Shown here one piece after another: positions 27,204-36,468 of a DNA stretch of 64,000 bases (within the stretch, counting starts at the first letter, position 1; every line of letters begins with the position of its first letter). Source of the DNA: Pseudomonadota bacterium (GTDB lineage Bacteria; Pseudomonadota; Alphaproteobacteria; Rhodobacterales; Rhodobacteraceae); the NCBI GenBank assembly GCA_039190275.1, contig JBCCYF010000004.1, forward strand, positions 5,422-69,421. Reading direction: 5' to 3'. Made by a program: the position numbers and the translations under genes. The notes below the pieces were generated by a model. It saw nothing but the letters and a program-made list of their open reading frames with translations. It made no database searches and was not told where the DNA came from.

Positions 27204-28922
27204 ATGCGGGCACATTTCTTTCATGGACTAAAGCTGGGTTTGATTGGTCTAACGCTGGGCCTGGCGGTACCGGCCGCGCAGGCGGACGGAATCGCAGGAC
27301 CGTATCTTGCCGCCAGCCAGGCCGATATGCGCAACGACTACGCTGTATCTGCTGATTTCTATGATAAAGCGCTCGCGGTTCGGCCCGGAAATGTGGGCCT
27401 GCTCAACAATGCTGTCGTGGTCAATGTGATCGCCGGGCGCCAGGCACATGCCCAAATGCTGGCTGAACGGCTGAAAATGCTTCAGGGCAGCAATCAGATT
27501 ATGGCGTTGACCCGATTGGCCGAAGCCCTGCGGGCCGAGGATTATGCGCTGGCCCTGACCTATGCCACAAACCCCGAGTATCGGTTGAACCCGCTGATGT
27601 CGTCTTTGGTCCAGGGTTGGGCTCAGGTCGGTTTGGGAGAGTTTGCCGAAGCTGTGGAGCGGTTCGACAGCCTTGAGGGCAATGCGGCACTGCGCGCTTA
27701 CGGTAAACTCCATCATGCCTTGGCGTTGGCACTTGCCGGTGATTTCGCCTCAGCCGCGCTGATATTGGACGGAGATGATGACGGGCCGCTTCACCTGAAC
27801 AGACTGGCAATGCTGACGCATATCGTCAGCCTGTCACAGGCCGAGCGGATGGATGAAGCCCTGGCGTTGGCAAATGATATCCGGCAAGGCAGCCGGGCCG
27901 ACCCCGAGATTGAGGCTATGGTGGCCAGCCTAGCGCAAGGAAAGCCGCTTGAATTCACCCAGATCACCACTGCGGCGCAGGGCGCAGCGTCGGTGTTCTC
28001 GATCCTGGCCAGCGCATTGACCCGCGAACAGGCCGAGCGCCTGGGTCTGGTCTATGCCCGCCTGGCCACGCACATCCGCCCCAGCTATGATGAGGTCACC
28101 ACGCTGATCGGCGACGTGCTGACGGGTCAGGGTCAATATGAACTTGCTGCGGCCGCGTTTGAGGAAGTCGCGCCGACGTCCGCCTGGTACACCACTGCCG
28201 AGGTTGGGCGCGCCGAAGCGCTGACCGGCGCCGAGCGTGTAGACGAGGCCATTGAGGTCCTATCCTCCCTGGCGCGCGCACGGCCGGGGAATATGTCGGT
28301 CATAACGGCGTTGGGCGATATCCTGCGGCGCGAAGATGATTTCAGCCGGGCCGCTGACGCTTATGACCAGGCGATTGATTTGATAATCGACCCGACACCG
28401 GCGGATTGGCGTCTGTTCTATGTTCGCGGGATCGCGCATGAACGCACTGACCAGTGGCCCAAGGCGGAGGCGGATTTTCGCAAAGCACTAGAGCTTAATC
28501 CGGACCAACCGCATGTGCTGAACTATCTTGGATACTCAATGGTCGAGCTTCAGCAGAATCTGGATGAAGCCCTGGACATGATTGAACGCGCGGTGTCGCA
28601 GCGCCCAGACGATGGGTATATTACCGACTCGCTGGGTTGGGTGCTTTACCGTCTCGGGCGCTACGAGGAGGCCGTAGCTCCTATGGAGCGTGCTGTTGAA
28701 TTGCTTCCGGTTGATCCCATCCTGAACGATCACTTGGGCGATGTGTTGTGGAAAGTCGGGCGCCGCACCGAAGCCGTGTTCCAGTGGAAGCGCGCGCTTT
28801 CTTTCGACCCGCTTGAGAAGGACGCAGAGCGCATCCGCCGCAAGCTCGAAGTGGGCTTGGATGTTGTGCTGGCCGATGAGGAAGCGGCCGACCCGGTGGC
28901 CGAGACCGCTTTGGGTGACTGA
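27204..28922 (+). CDS. tetratricopeptide repeat protein, secreted
   Basis: Signal peptide MRAHFFHGLKLGLIGLTLGLAVPAAQA. Multiple TPR-like repeats (for example WPKAEADFRKALELNPDQPHVLNYLGY). The stop overlaps the ispE start. Confidence 0.8.
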   Translation: MRAHFFHGLKLGLIGLTLGLAVPAAQADGIAGPYLAASQADMRNDYAVSADFYDKALAVRPGNVGLLNNAVVVNVIAGRQAHAQMLAERLKMLQGSNQIMALTRLAEALRAEDYALALTYATNPEYRLNPLMSSLVQGWAQVGLGEFAEAVERFDSLEGNAALRAYGKLHHALALALAGDFASAALILDGDDDGPLHLNRLAMLTHIVSLSQAERMDEALALANDIRQGSRADPEIEAMVASLAQGKPLEFTQITTAAQGAASVFSILASALTREQAERLGLVYARLATHIRPSYDEVTTLIGDVLTGQGQYELAAAAFEEVAPTSAWYTTAEVGRAEALTGAERVDEAIEVLSSLARARPGNMSVITALGDILRREDDFSRAADAYDQAIDLIIDPTPADWRLFYVRGIAHERTDQWPKAEADFRKALELNPDQPHVLNYLGYSMVELQQNLDEALDMIERAVSQRPDDGYITDSLGWVLYRLGRYEEAVAPMERAVELLPVDPILNDHLGDVLWKVGRRTEAVFQWKRALSFDPLEKDAERIRRKLEVGLDVVLADEEAADPVAETALGD

Positions 28923-29814
28923 ACCCGTCCGCGTGCTGGCGCGGGCCAAGGTCAACCTTTGCCTGCACGTCACTGGACGCCGCTCGGACGGATATCACCT
29001 GCTTGACAGCCTGGTCGTGTTCCCGCGCATGGGGGACGTGATAGAGGCGGAGGCGGCGTCACGGACCTCCCTGACCATCACCGGTCCGTTTGGCATCGAC
29101 CTCAGCGCCGGTGCGGATAACCTGGTGCTTCGGGGGGCTGCACTGATGCCCGGGAACGCGGCCCTGCGGCTGCACAAGAACCTGCCCGCATCATCCGGGA
29201 TCGGCGGTGGGTCCGCGGATGCCGCAGCGACGCTGAGGGCACTCTCCCAGCTTCATGGAAACGCTCTTCCGTCGGCGGAACAACTGCTCGGCCTGGGCGC
29301 GGACGTCCCGGTTTGTCTGTCGCAAACAAGCATCCGCATGCGGGGCATCGGCGATGTTCTGGAACCGCTGCCGCCATTGCCTGAGTTTTGGTGCGTTTTG
29401 GTAAACCCCGGCAGTGCCTGTCCCACCCCGGATGTATTCGCCGCGCTTGAGCGGTTCGATCACACGCCGTTGCCCGCAGTTCCGGGTCGGTTCACGGCGG
29501 CGGAGGATCTGTTTACCTGGCTTCGATCCACCCGCAACGATCTGCAACTGCCCGCGACCCGGCTGTGCCCGCAGGTCGCGGTGGTTTCGGCGGCAATAGC
29601 GGAAACCGAGGGCTGTGCGCTGAACCGTATGTCCGGGTCTGGCGCAACTTGTTTTGGACTTTACGCGACCGGAGCGGCCGCCTTGAAGGCAGCCGATATG
29701 CTCAGGGCCTCGTATCCCGCATGGTGGATTGCTGCGGCCCCGGTGTCAGACGACCCGCGAGACAACGAAGTCCGCGAGGTCGATCAGGATGTCACGCACG
29801 TCCGAGGCGGGTAG
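28915..29814 (+). CDS. ispE: 4-(cytidine 5'-diphospho)-2-C-methyl-D-erythritol kinase
   Basis: GTG 28915 gives VTEPVRVLARAKVNLCLHVTGRRSDGYH, the canonical IspE N-terminus. GHMP kinase motif PASSGIGGGSADAAA and MSGSGATCFGL are present. The upstream part of the 357-aa ORF lies inside the TPR gene. Confidence 0.87.
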   Translation: MTEPVRVLARAKVNLCLHVTGRRSDGYHLLDSLVVFPRMGDVIEAEAASRTSLTITGPFGIDLSAGADNLVLRGAALMPGNAALRLHKNLPASSGIGGGSADAAATLRALSQLHGNALPSAEQLLGLGADVPVCLSQTSIRMRGIGDVLEPLPPLPEFWCVLVNPGSACPTPDVFAALERFDHTPLPAVPGRFTAAEDLFTWLRSTRNDLQLPATRLCPQVAVVSAAIAETEGCALNRMSGSGATCFGLYATGAAALKAADMLRASYPAWWIAAAPVSDDPRDNEVREVDQDVTHVRGG

Positions 29815-30759
29815 TATTGCCATCTGGGCCTTGGCAAGATCCGCCTGCACCAATGCACGATCCCGTGTCTGCGCCAGCGTGTCATGCCGATCCATCAGAT
29901 CCAGCGCCTGCTCAAGATCACCGCTGCGCTGATCGCCCTTTTCTATGGTCCGGACCCAGAAGTCACGCTCCTTGGCGTCCGCCCGGTTCACTGCGAGGAT
30001 AAGCGGGAGCGACATTTTTCGCTCGCGAAAGTCATCGCCGATGTTCTTGCCCAGGTTTTGCGACAGACCGCCATAGTCCAGCAGATCATCGACAATCTGG
30101 AACGCCATGCCCAATGCGTCGCCATATCGCTCCAGCGCGGTAACATGGGCCTGTGGTGCACCAGCAATCACACCACCTACTTTGGTTGCCGCAGCAAAAA
30201 GCGCCGCGGTTTTACCGCGAATGACCGTTTCGTAGACCTGTTCTGTCGTATCGAGGTTTTGCGCCACGCTGAGTTGCAGCACTTCGCCTTCGGCAATCGT
30301 CGCAGCCGCATTCGACAGAATGTCCAGGACGTCAATGCTTCCGGTCTCGACCATCAACTGGAATGAACGCGCGAAAAGGTAATCGCCGACAAGGACTGAG
30401 GACTGGTTATCCCACAGCAGGTTGGCCGTCGGGCGCCCGCGGCGCTGGGTGCTTTCGTCCACCACATCATCGTGCAACAGCGTGGCCGTGTGGATAAACT
30501 CGACCGTCGCGGCCAGCCGGATGTGATGGTCGCCGTCAAAGCCGCACATCCGGGCTGTGGCAAGCGTGAGCAAGGGGCGCAGGCGTTTGCCGCCCGCCCC
30601 GACAAGATGTGCGGTAACCTGGGGGATCCTTGGGGCATGCTCGGATGCCATCCGTGCGGCGATCAGCGTATTGACCGCCTCCATATCCGCGCCCAGATGC
30701 GCCTGAAGCTGTTCAACCGGCCCTTGTGGTATACTCTCTGCCTCGGCTGTACTGGCCAC
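29746..30759 (-). CDS. ispB: polyprenyl diphosphate synthase (octa/decaprenyl type)
   Basis: 337 aa. First DDxxD box LLHDDVVDES and second box IVDDLLDY. RLRPLLTLA is typical of long-chain trans-prenyl synthases. Confidence 0.9.
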   Translation of the reverse strand: MASTAEAESIPQGPVEQLQAHLGADMEAVNTLIAARMASEHAPRIPQVTAHLVGAGGKRLRPLLTLATARMCGFDGDHHIRLAATVEFIHTATLLHDDVVDESTQRRGRPTANLLWDNQSSVLVGDYLFARSFQLMVETGSIDVLDILSNAAATIAEGEVLQLSVAQNLDTTEQVYETVIRGKTAALFAAATKVGGVIAGAPQAHVTALERYGDALGMAFQIVDDLLDYGGLSQNLGKNIGDDFRERKMSLPLILAVNRADAKERDFWVRTIEKGDQRSGDLEQALDLMDRHDTLAQTRDRALVQADLAKAQMAILPASDVRDILIDLADFVVSRVV

Positions 30760-30796
30760 TCTCGACGCTCCTGTAACCGGCGGCTAGAGTGCTGCC

Positions 30797-31018
30797 ATGG
30801 AAGAGATACTCCGCACCACCGACCCGACCGAGATAGCCTTCGCTCAGGCGTTACTGCGCGGCGAAGATATAGAGTGCTTCGTTATGGACGTCCATATGAG
30901 CGTCATGGAAGGCAGCATTGGAATATTTCCACGTCGGTTGATGGTTCATCGCTCGGATGCATTCATGGGTCGGGCGATACTGCGGGACAATGCCCTGGAT
31001 GTTACGGTTCCACGGTGA
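30797..31018 (+). CDS. DUF2007 domain protein (putative signal-transducing protein)
   Basis: 73 aa. The pattern ILRTTDPTEIAFAQALLRGEDIECFVMD...GSIGIFPRRLMV matches DUF2007 as I remember it. GTGA-coupled to the next gene. Confidence 0.7.
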   Translation: MEEILRTTDPTEIAFAQALLRGEDIECFVMDVHMSVMEGSIGIFPRRLMVHRSDAFMGRAILRDNALDVTVPR

Positions 31019-31785
31019 GCCTGGGGACGCTTTCAGAAGACGGGTTTCTTGGTGGAAAACTGCGGCTCAGGCAGCCTAGTACTGGCTTTCGTGCAGGGAC
31101 GGACGCGGTTTTTCTGGCCGCGGCGGTTCCAGCCCGTGCCGGGGAACATGTGCTGGACCTGGGCTGCGGTGCCGGTGCCGCGCTGCTGTGTTTGGCGGCA
31201 CGTGTGCCGGATCTGGACTTGACAGGCATCGAGATCCAACCCGCCTATGCGGCCTTGGCGCGCGAAAATGCCGCACTTAACGCCTTCAAGGCAGAGGTGC
31301 TTGATGGTGACCTAAACGCACCACCACCCGCATTGCGCCGTTTGCGTGTTGATCATGTACTGACCAATCCGCCGTTCTTTGAGCGGGGTCAGTCCGTGGC
31401 CCTTAAGGACGGAGGGCGCGACAAGGCGCACCGGTCCGCGCCCTCCACGCTTGAAACGTTCATCGATCAGGGCCTCAGGCGCCTCAGGCCAGGCGGCACC
31501 CTGACCATAATACACCGGACCGAATGCCTGGCCGGGATCCTGACCGCATTGGCGCCGCGCGCTGGAGGGGTGCGTATCCTACCGCTGGTGGCGCGGTCAG
31601 GTCGGAGTGCCAAACGCCTTATTGTACAGGCGCGCATGGGCGCCCGGGCGCCGCTGGAGCTTCTCTCACCGCTGGTCGTCCATAGCGACAAAGCGCATCA
31701 GGCCGATGCTGCGGATTACTCCGCCATGGCGCGCGCCGTGTTGCAGGACGGCGCCGGTCTCGCGCCGCTCGCCGCGCCGCGTTAA
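31015..31785 (+). CDS. SAM-dependent N6-adenine methyltransferase (tRNA1(Val) m6A37 MTase-like)
   Basis: GTG 31015. SAM motif VLDLGCGAGAALLCLA and motif IV TNPPFF. The upstream part of the 437-aa ORF is antisense to ispB and was rejected. Confidence 0.8.
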   Translation: MSLGTLSEDGFLGGKLRLRQPSTGFRAGTDAVFLAAAVPARAGEHVLDLGCGAGAALLCLAARVPDLDLTGIEIQPAYAALARENAALNAFKAEVLDGDLNAPPPALRRLRVDHVLTNPPFFERGQSVALKDGGRDKAHRSAPSTLETFIDQGLRRLRPGGTLTIIHRTECLAGILTALAPRAGGVRILPLVARSGRSAKRLIVQARMGARAPLELLSPLVVHSDKAHQADAADYSAMARAVLQDGAGLAPLAAPR

Positions 31786-31868
31786 CCCATTATCACGTGA
31801 CAGGTCGCCCTGATTCGTGCTGCACTGTAGCTATTCAGAGAGAAGCATACCAACGAAGGAGACGCTGA

Positions 31869-32039
31869 ATGAGCCTGGCTTCACATTTGTCCGAATTGCG
31901 TAAAAAGCATGAAGTGCTGTCCGATAAGATCGAGTCCGAGCAGCGCGCCCCCGGCACAGATGGGCTTCAACTCACCGAACTGAAACGGCAAAAGCTCCAC
32001 CTCAAGGATGAAATAGAGCGGATTTCCCAGGAAGTCTGA
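31869..32039 (+). CDS. DUF465 (YdcH-like) small protein
   Basis: 56-aa ORF below the track cutoff: MSLASHLSELRKKHEVLSDKIESEQRAPGTDGLQLTELKRQKLHLKDEIERISQEV. AAGGAG RBS lies 8 nt upstream. The L.ELKR.KL.LKDEI motif is the DUF465 hallmark. Confidence 0.7.
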   Translation: MSLASHLSELRKKHEVLSDKIESEQRAPGTDGLQLTELKRQKLHLKDEIERISQEV

Positions 32040-32090
32040 TCCAACTTTCGCGATCGGGCCGGTCCCCATGCGGGATCAGCCCGGCAAATC

Positions 32091-32135
32091 CCGGCCGTCC
32101 GCTGATAGAGGACATCGGTATCGGCTGGTTTTTTT
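32091..32135 (+). terminator. probable rho-independent terminator after the DUF465 gene
   Basis: Imperfect long stem CCGGCCG...CGGCTGG (32091-32128) followed by TTTTTTT (32129-32135). Confidence 0.45.
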
Positions 32136-32220
32136 GGGTTTTGACACGATAATGTCTACGCGCTTTGAGTGCGTCGGTATCCAGACATCGATCCCGGGCG
32201 TGCCGCTAGGGCAAAGCGGG

Positions 32221-32973
32221 TCAGGCCGCGTGTTCACGGGCCGCGGCCAGCCTGAAAAAGTCCATTATGGTAAGCGCCCAGGGTGTCGGGTCCACGTCTT
32301 GGACAAGGCTTTCCACACCCTGCTGTAGCCGATCTTGCGGAACAACCAGCTTCAGTCTGTCGGCCGCAAGCGCGCGGAGCAGTTCGGGCTCATATTCGGG
32401 ATGCGGTTGGACGCTCAGCGCAACAGGCGCATCAGGGGGCCCATAGGCTAATGCGGCGTAGGGGCAAAACTCCGAACGCATCAGTACGCGGGCACCGCTG
32501 GGCGGGACAACCACTTGATCCTGATGGATGGCTATGCCGGACCAAGGTGCGGCCAGTCGCGCGGCCCAGTCCGGCACGTCCTGCGGCTCGTACTGATGGA
32601 CGCCGATCCCCCATCCACGGTCTGATTTCACAGCACGCCCGCCAAGTGCTTCGGCCAAAATCTGATGCCCGAAACACACGCCGACGACAGGGACACCGGC
32701 GGCAACGGCATGACGCAGGAACGTCTTTAGCGGTTCGATCCAAGGCAAGTCGTCATAGACCCCGTGACGCGAGCCGGAAATGAGCCAGCCATCCGCGCTT
32801 TCCGGTGCCGCCAGCGGCGCGCCACCGTCAACGTCCAACCCAAATGTGGTGATGCCAGGGTCTGCCTGTTCCAGGAAGCGCGAGAATATCTGCGGATACT
32901 CACCCCAACGCGCCGCGATGGCTGGCGGCAGGCTGCCTGTCTTGAGGATCCCTATGCGCATATCGGTTTCCAT
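32221..32973 (-). CDS. class I glutamine amidotransferase-like protein (GMP synthase GATase-domain family)
   Basis: 250 aa. The nucleophile elbow VVGVCFGHQILAEAL (catalytic Cys) is present. The start may instead be ATG 32961 (MRIGILKTG). Confidence 0.8.
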   Translation of the reverse strand: METDMRIGILKTGSLPPAIAARWGEYPQIFSRFLEQADPGITTFGLDVDGGAPLAAPESADGWLISGSRHGVYDDLPWIEPLKTFLRHAVAAGVPVVGVCFGHQILAEALGGRAVKSDRGWGIGVHQYEPQDVPDWAARLAAPWSGIAIHQDQVVVPPSGARVLMRSEFCPYAALAYGPPDAPVALSVQPHPEYEPELLRALAADRLKLVVPQDRLQQGVESLVQDVDPTPWALTIMDFFRLAAAREHAA

Positions 32974-33040
32974 ACCTCCGGGCGGGCTGTCACATCTTTA
33001 GTCCCTGGATCGTATGTCAGCCCAGAGGACCGCTTTCGCC

Positions 33041-33973
33041 CTAGTCGATATGGATCAGTTCATGGTTCTGCGCAAGGGCGCGATAGGGATCGATCTCGGC
33101 CAGGATCCAGTCCCGAAAGCGTGCGACATGCGGGCGGTCCAGACCTCCGGGGGCACAAATCAACCGGTAGTGCGCGCCGACGGTCAGTGCCAGCCGGAAC
33201 GGGGCGACCAAAGCACCCGAATGCAGGGCAGTCATGGTGACGGAACTGCGGCCCATCACCACGCCGCCGCCCTCCAGCGCCATATCAACCCCGTGATCCG
33301 CCTGAGTAAAATGCGGTCCCTTAAGCGGTGGGTGGGTGACACCATTGGCGCGAAACCAGGCCGTCCAATCCGGCGGGCTTTGTAAAAAGTCCAGGCTTTC
33401 ATCGTGGATGAGGGTTTCGTTCAGCAAATCGGCAGGGGTGTTTAGGCGCGCGGCGATCTCGGGACGCATCATCGGCGTGATAAAGCCGCGGTACAGCGGC
33501 TCAGACTGTAACCCTGGGTCGGGCCCTGTGCCGAAACGTATGGCCAAATCCACGCCATCCCGATCAAAGTCCAACAACCGCAGGGTTGCGGTAAAACGCA
33601 GATCGATGTCTGGGTGTTTCTGCGCGAAGTCGAACAGTTTGGGGGCCAGCCATTTCGCCGTAAAGGCGGGGCCAGCGGTTATGTTGAGTGTTGTTGCGTC
33701 CTGTATTCGCTGTGTCGCGCGCCATCCGCGCCGTAGCGCCTCAAATCCCTCGCTGGCATGCGGCAGCAGCGTTACCCCAGCCTCGGTCAGTTCCACAGCG
33801 CGGTTCAGACGACGAAACAGCGGCGCCCCAAGATGTTCTTCAAGGTTTTTGATCTGAAAGCTCAGTGCAGCGGGCGTCACCGCAAGCTCCTCTGCGGCCT
33901 GAGCAAAACTCAGGTGGCGTGCGGCGGCTTCAAAGGCGCGCAAGGCGGTAAGCGGCGGCAGGCGATCTGACAT
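33041..33973 (-). CDS. LysR family transcriptional regulator (GcvA-like)
   Basis: Start at ATG 33973 gives MSDRLPPLTALRAFEAAARHLSFAQAAEELAVTPAALSFQIKNLE, a LysR HTH. A LysR substrate-binding domain follows. Confidence 0.9.
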   Translation of the reverse strand: MSDRLPPLTALRAFEAAARHLSFAQAAEELAVTPAALSFQIKNLEEHLGAPLFRRLNRAVELTEAGVTLLPHASEGFEALRRGWRATQRIQDATTLNITAGPAFTAKWLAPKLFDFAQKHPDIDLRFTATLRLLDFDRDGVDLAIRFGTGPDPGLQSEPLYRGFITPMMRPEIAARLNTPADLLNETLIHDESLDFLQSPPDWTAWFRANGVTHPPLKGPHFTQADHGVDMALEGGGVVMGRSSVTMTALHSGALVAPFRLALTVGAHYRLICAPGGLDRPHVARFRDWILAEIDPYRALAQNHELIHID

Positions 33974-34096
33974 CTTCGCATAAGTAAAACTAAACTGACC
34001 TGAAAGAAAGTCTCGTTTGCTATCACTTGCGAAAATGGACACATTCAGGGGCAGAAAGCGAGCATCGCGCCGCAGAACATTAAGAGGAATTGAACC

Positions 34097-34282
34097 ATGA
34101 ACTCGAATTCGAACCAGTTTCCCACGGCGATAGATCTTGCCGAAGCGCAGGCCCGCGGACGGCGGGAACGGTCACGCGCGTTCTACGTTGCCCTGAAGTC
34201 TATGGGTGGGTGGATTTCCGGAGGCAGACCGCAGGTGCGCTATCACGCTCCCGCCGGTTCAATGATCGCCCCACGGAACTGA
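34097..34282 (+). CDS. possible small protein divergent from the LysR gene
   Basis: 61-aa ORF with AAGAGGA 8 nt upstream. AIDLAEAQARGRRERSRAFYVALKSMGGWI resembles small Rhodobacter-type proteins (RSP_7527-like), from memory only. Confidence 0.35.
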   Translation: MNSNSNQFPTAIDLAEAQARGRRERSRAFYVALKSMGGWISGGRPQVRYHAPAGSMIAPRN

Positions 34283-34330
34283 GTGGGCCGGCGCATCCGC
34301 CGGCCCATTTTAGATAGCCGGTCGATGTTG

Positions 34331-35056
34331 TCAGGCCAGATATTGGCCGCCATTGGCGGAGATCGTTGAACCCGTGATGAATGCGGCGTCGTCAGACACC
34401 AGAAAGGCGACACAGCGCGAGATTTCGGACGGGTTGCCCAGACGGCCCACCGGAATCTGTGGCAAAATAACTTCGTTCATGACCTTTTCGGGGATGGTGC
34501 TCATCATTTCGGTGTTGATGTAGCCCGGTGCGACCACGTTGACTGTGATGCCGGCACGCGCACCTTCCTGGGCAAGGGCCTTTGTAAAGCCGATGTCCCC
34601 GGCCTTTGACGCAGCATAGTTGACCTGTGCAAACTGACCTTTTTGTCCGTTGACCGAACTGATCGTGACAATCCGTCCGAATTTTGCCGCCCGCATCCCG
34701 GGCCAGACGCAGTGGGTCATATTGAAAACGCCGGTCAGGTTCGTGTCGATCACCTGATGCCATTGCTCGGGCGTCATCTTGTGGAAGGGCGCGTCCCGGG
34801 TGATACCGGCATTGTTGATTAGAATTTCCACAGCGCCCATGTCACTCTCGACCTGAGCGATGCCGGCCTTGCAGGCATCGTAATCGCCAACCGACCATTT
34901 ATAGGTTTTGATCCCGGTTTCGTCGGTGAATTTTGCGGCGGCTTCGTCATTTCCGCCGTAAGTCGCGGCAACTGAACAGCCGCTTTCTTTCAATGCGATC
35001 GCAATCGCGGCACCGATCCCGCGCGATCCGCCGGTCACAACAGCTACACGTCCCAT
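34331..35056 (-). CDS. phaB: acetoacetyl-CoA reductase
   Basis: 241-aa SDR. VAVVTGGSRGIGAAIA cofactor motif and the YAASKAG catalytic motif. Adjacent to the thiolase gene. Confidence 0.92.
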   Translation of the reverse strand: MGRVAVVTGGSRGIGAAIAIALKESGCSVAATYGGNDEAAAKFTDETGIKTYKWSVGDYDACKAGIAQVESDMGAVEILINNAGITRDAPFHKMTPEQWHQVIDTNLTGVFNMTHCVWPGMRAAKFGRIVTISSVNGQKGQFAQVNYAASKAGDIGFTKALAQEGARAGITVNVVAPGYINTEMMSTIPEKVMNEVILPQIPVGRLGNPSEISRCVAFLVSDDAAFITGSTISANGGQYLA

Positions 35057-35169
35057 GGTATTCCTCCTGAAGTCTTATAGATCTGATTTGGTATCCGGCG
35101 CGCCGATAACGCACCGTTCCCGGGTAAAACCTTACTATGCAATTCCGGCCCTGCCGCCCGGGTGCCGGA

Positions 35170-36345
35170 TTAATCGCGTTCGACGCAAAGCGCGACGCCC
35201 ATGCCGCCGCCGATGCACAGCGTGGCAATTCCCTTCTTTGAGTCCCGGCGCTGCATTTCGAACAGCAGCGTATTGAGCACACGGCACCCCGAGGCGCCGA
35301 TCGGGTGGCCGATGGCGATCGCGCCGCCGTTGACGTTCACGATCTCGGGGTCCCATCCCATGTCCTTGTTGACCGCGCAGGCCTGCGCCGCAAAGGCTTC
35401 GTTCGCTTCGACCAGATCCAGGTCGTCGATTTTCCATCCGGCCTTATCCAACGCTTTGCGGCTGGCATAGATGGGTCCGACGCCCATGATTGACGGATCC
35501 AGGCCCGCTGTCGCATAGGACGCGATCCGGGCAAGGGGGGTGATCCCGCGTTTTTCGGCGTTCTCGGCCGTCATCAAAAGTGTTGCTGCCGCCCCGTCGT
35601 TCAAGCCGCTGGCATTGGCGGCGGTAACGGTCCCCTCCTTCGAAAAGGCCGGGCGCAGCTTGGCCATCGCCTCCATCGTCGCGCCGTGGCGAATGTACTC
35701 GTCCTGATCGACCACCGTTTCGCCCTTGCGAGTCTTCACGGTGAAGGCGCAGATCTCATCGGCGAACTTGCCAGCTTTCTGGGCGGCCTCGGCCTTGTTC
35801 TGGCTGCTCACCGCAAAGGTATCCTGCATGTCGCGGCTGATTTGCCACTGCTCGGCAACGTTCTCGGCCGTTGTGCCCATGTGGTAATTGTTAAACGCGT
35901 CCCACAGGCCGTCTTTGATCATAGAGTCGGTGAACTTCATGTCGCCCATCTTCTGACCGGCACGCAGATGCGCCACATGCGGGCTCAGGCTCATGCTTTC
36001 TTGCCCGCCAGCCACAACGATGTCCGCGTCACCCAAAAGGATATGCTGTGCGCCAAGCGCAACCGCGCGCAGGCCGGAGCCACACACCTGGTTGATCCCC
36101 CAGGCCGCGCTCTCCTTTGGCAGGCCCGCATTGATGTGGGCTTGGCGGGCCGGATTCTGACCCTGACCAGCGGTCAGCACCTGGCCCAGGATGGTCTCCG
36201 ACACCTCGCCCGCCTCAACGCCGGAACGGTCGAGAACTGCATCTATCACGGTCGCCCCTAATTCATGCGCTGCAGTATTTCCAAACGCGCCGTTGAAACT
36301 GCCGACGGCGGTTCTGGCGGCGGAGGCGATTACGATGTTGGTCAT
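35170..36345 (-). CDS. phaA: acetyl-CoA acetyltransferase (beta-ketothiolase)
   Basis: 391 aa. [11 protein letters not shown] (active-site Cys), [17 protein letters not shown], and the C-terminal CIGGGMGVA. Confidence 0.93.
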   Translation of the reverse strand: MTNIVIASAARTAVGSFNGAFGNTAAHELGATVIDAVLDRSGVEAGEVSETILGQVLTAGQGQNPARQAHINAGLPKESAAWGINQVCGSGLRAVALGAQHILLGDADIVVAGGQESMSLSPHVAHLRAGQKMGDMKFTDSMIKDGLWDAFNNYHMGTTAENVAEQWQISRDMQDTFAVSSQNKAEAAQKAGKFADEICAFTVKTRKGETVVDQDEYIRHGATMEAMAKLRPAFSKEGTVTAANASGLNDGAAATLLMTAENAEKRGITPLARIASYATAGLDPSIMGVGPIYASRKALDKAGWKIDDLDLVEANEAFAAQACAVNKDMGWDPEIVNVNGGAIAIGHPIGASGCRVLNTLLFEMQRRDSKKGIATLCIGGGMGVALCVERD

Positions 36346-36468
36346 GGCTTTTCCTCAAGGTGTTATGGTTGGGTGGGGAACATTGCATACGCTGCGCAGC
36401 AACACATTAAACGGGTGGTTATCCTTATGGCAGGGTCCGTGTCTTCGGCGGGGCGATTGTCCGCGAGC

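Noticed and set aside
28741-28914. N-terminal 58 codons of the 357-aa ispE ORF, and likewise 30472-31014 of the 437-aa methyltransferase ORF
   Set aside because: These extensions lie inside the TPR gene or antisense to ispB. The canonical family N-termini begin at the internal GTG codons 28915 and 31015, each overlapping the upstream stop.
31881-32069. 62-aa minus-strand ORF
   Set aside because: It is antisense to the 56-aa DUF465 gene, which has a strong RBS, a family motif and a terminator.
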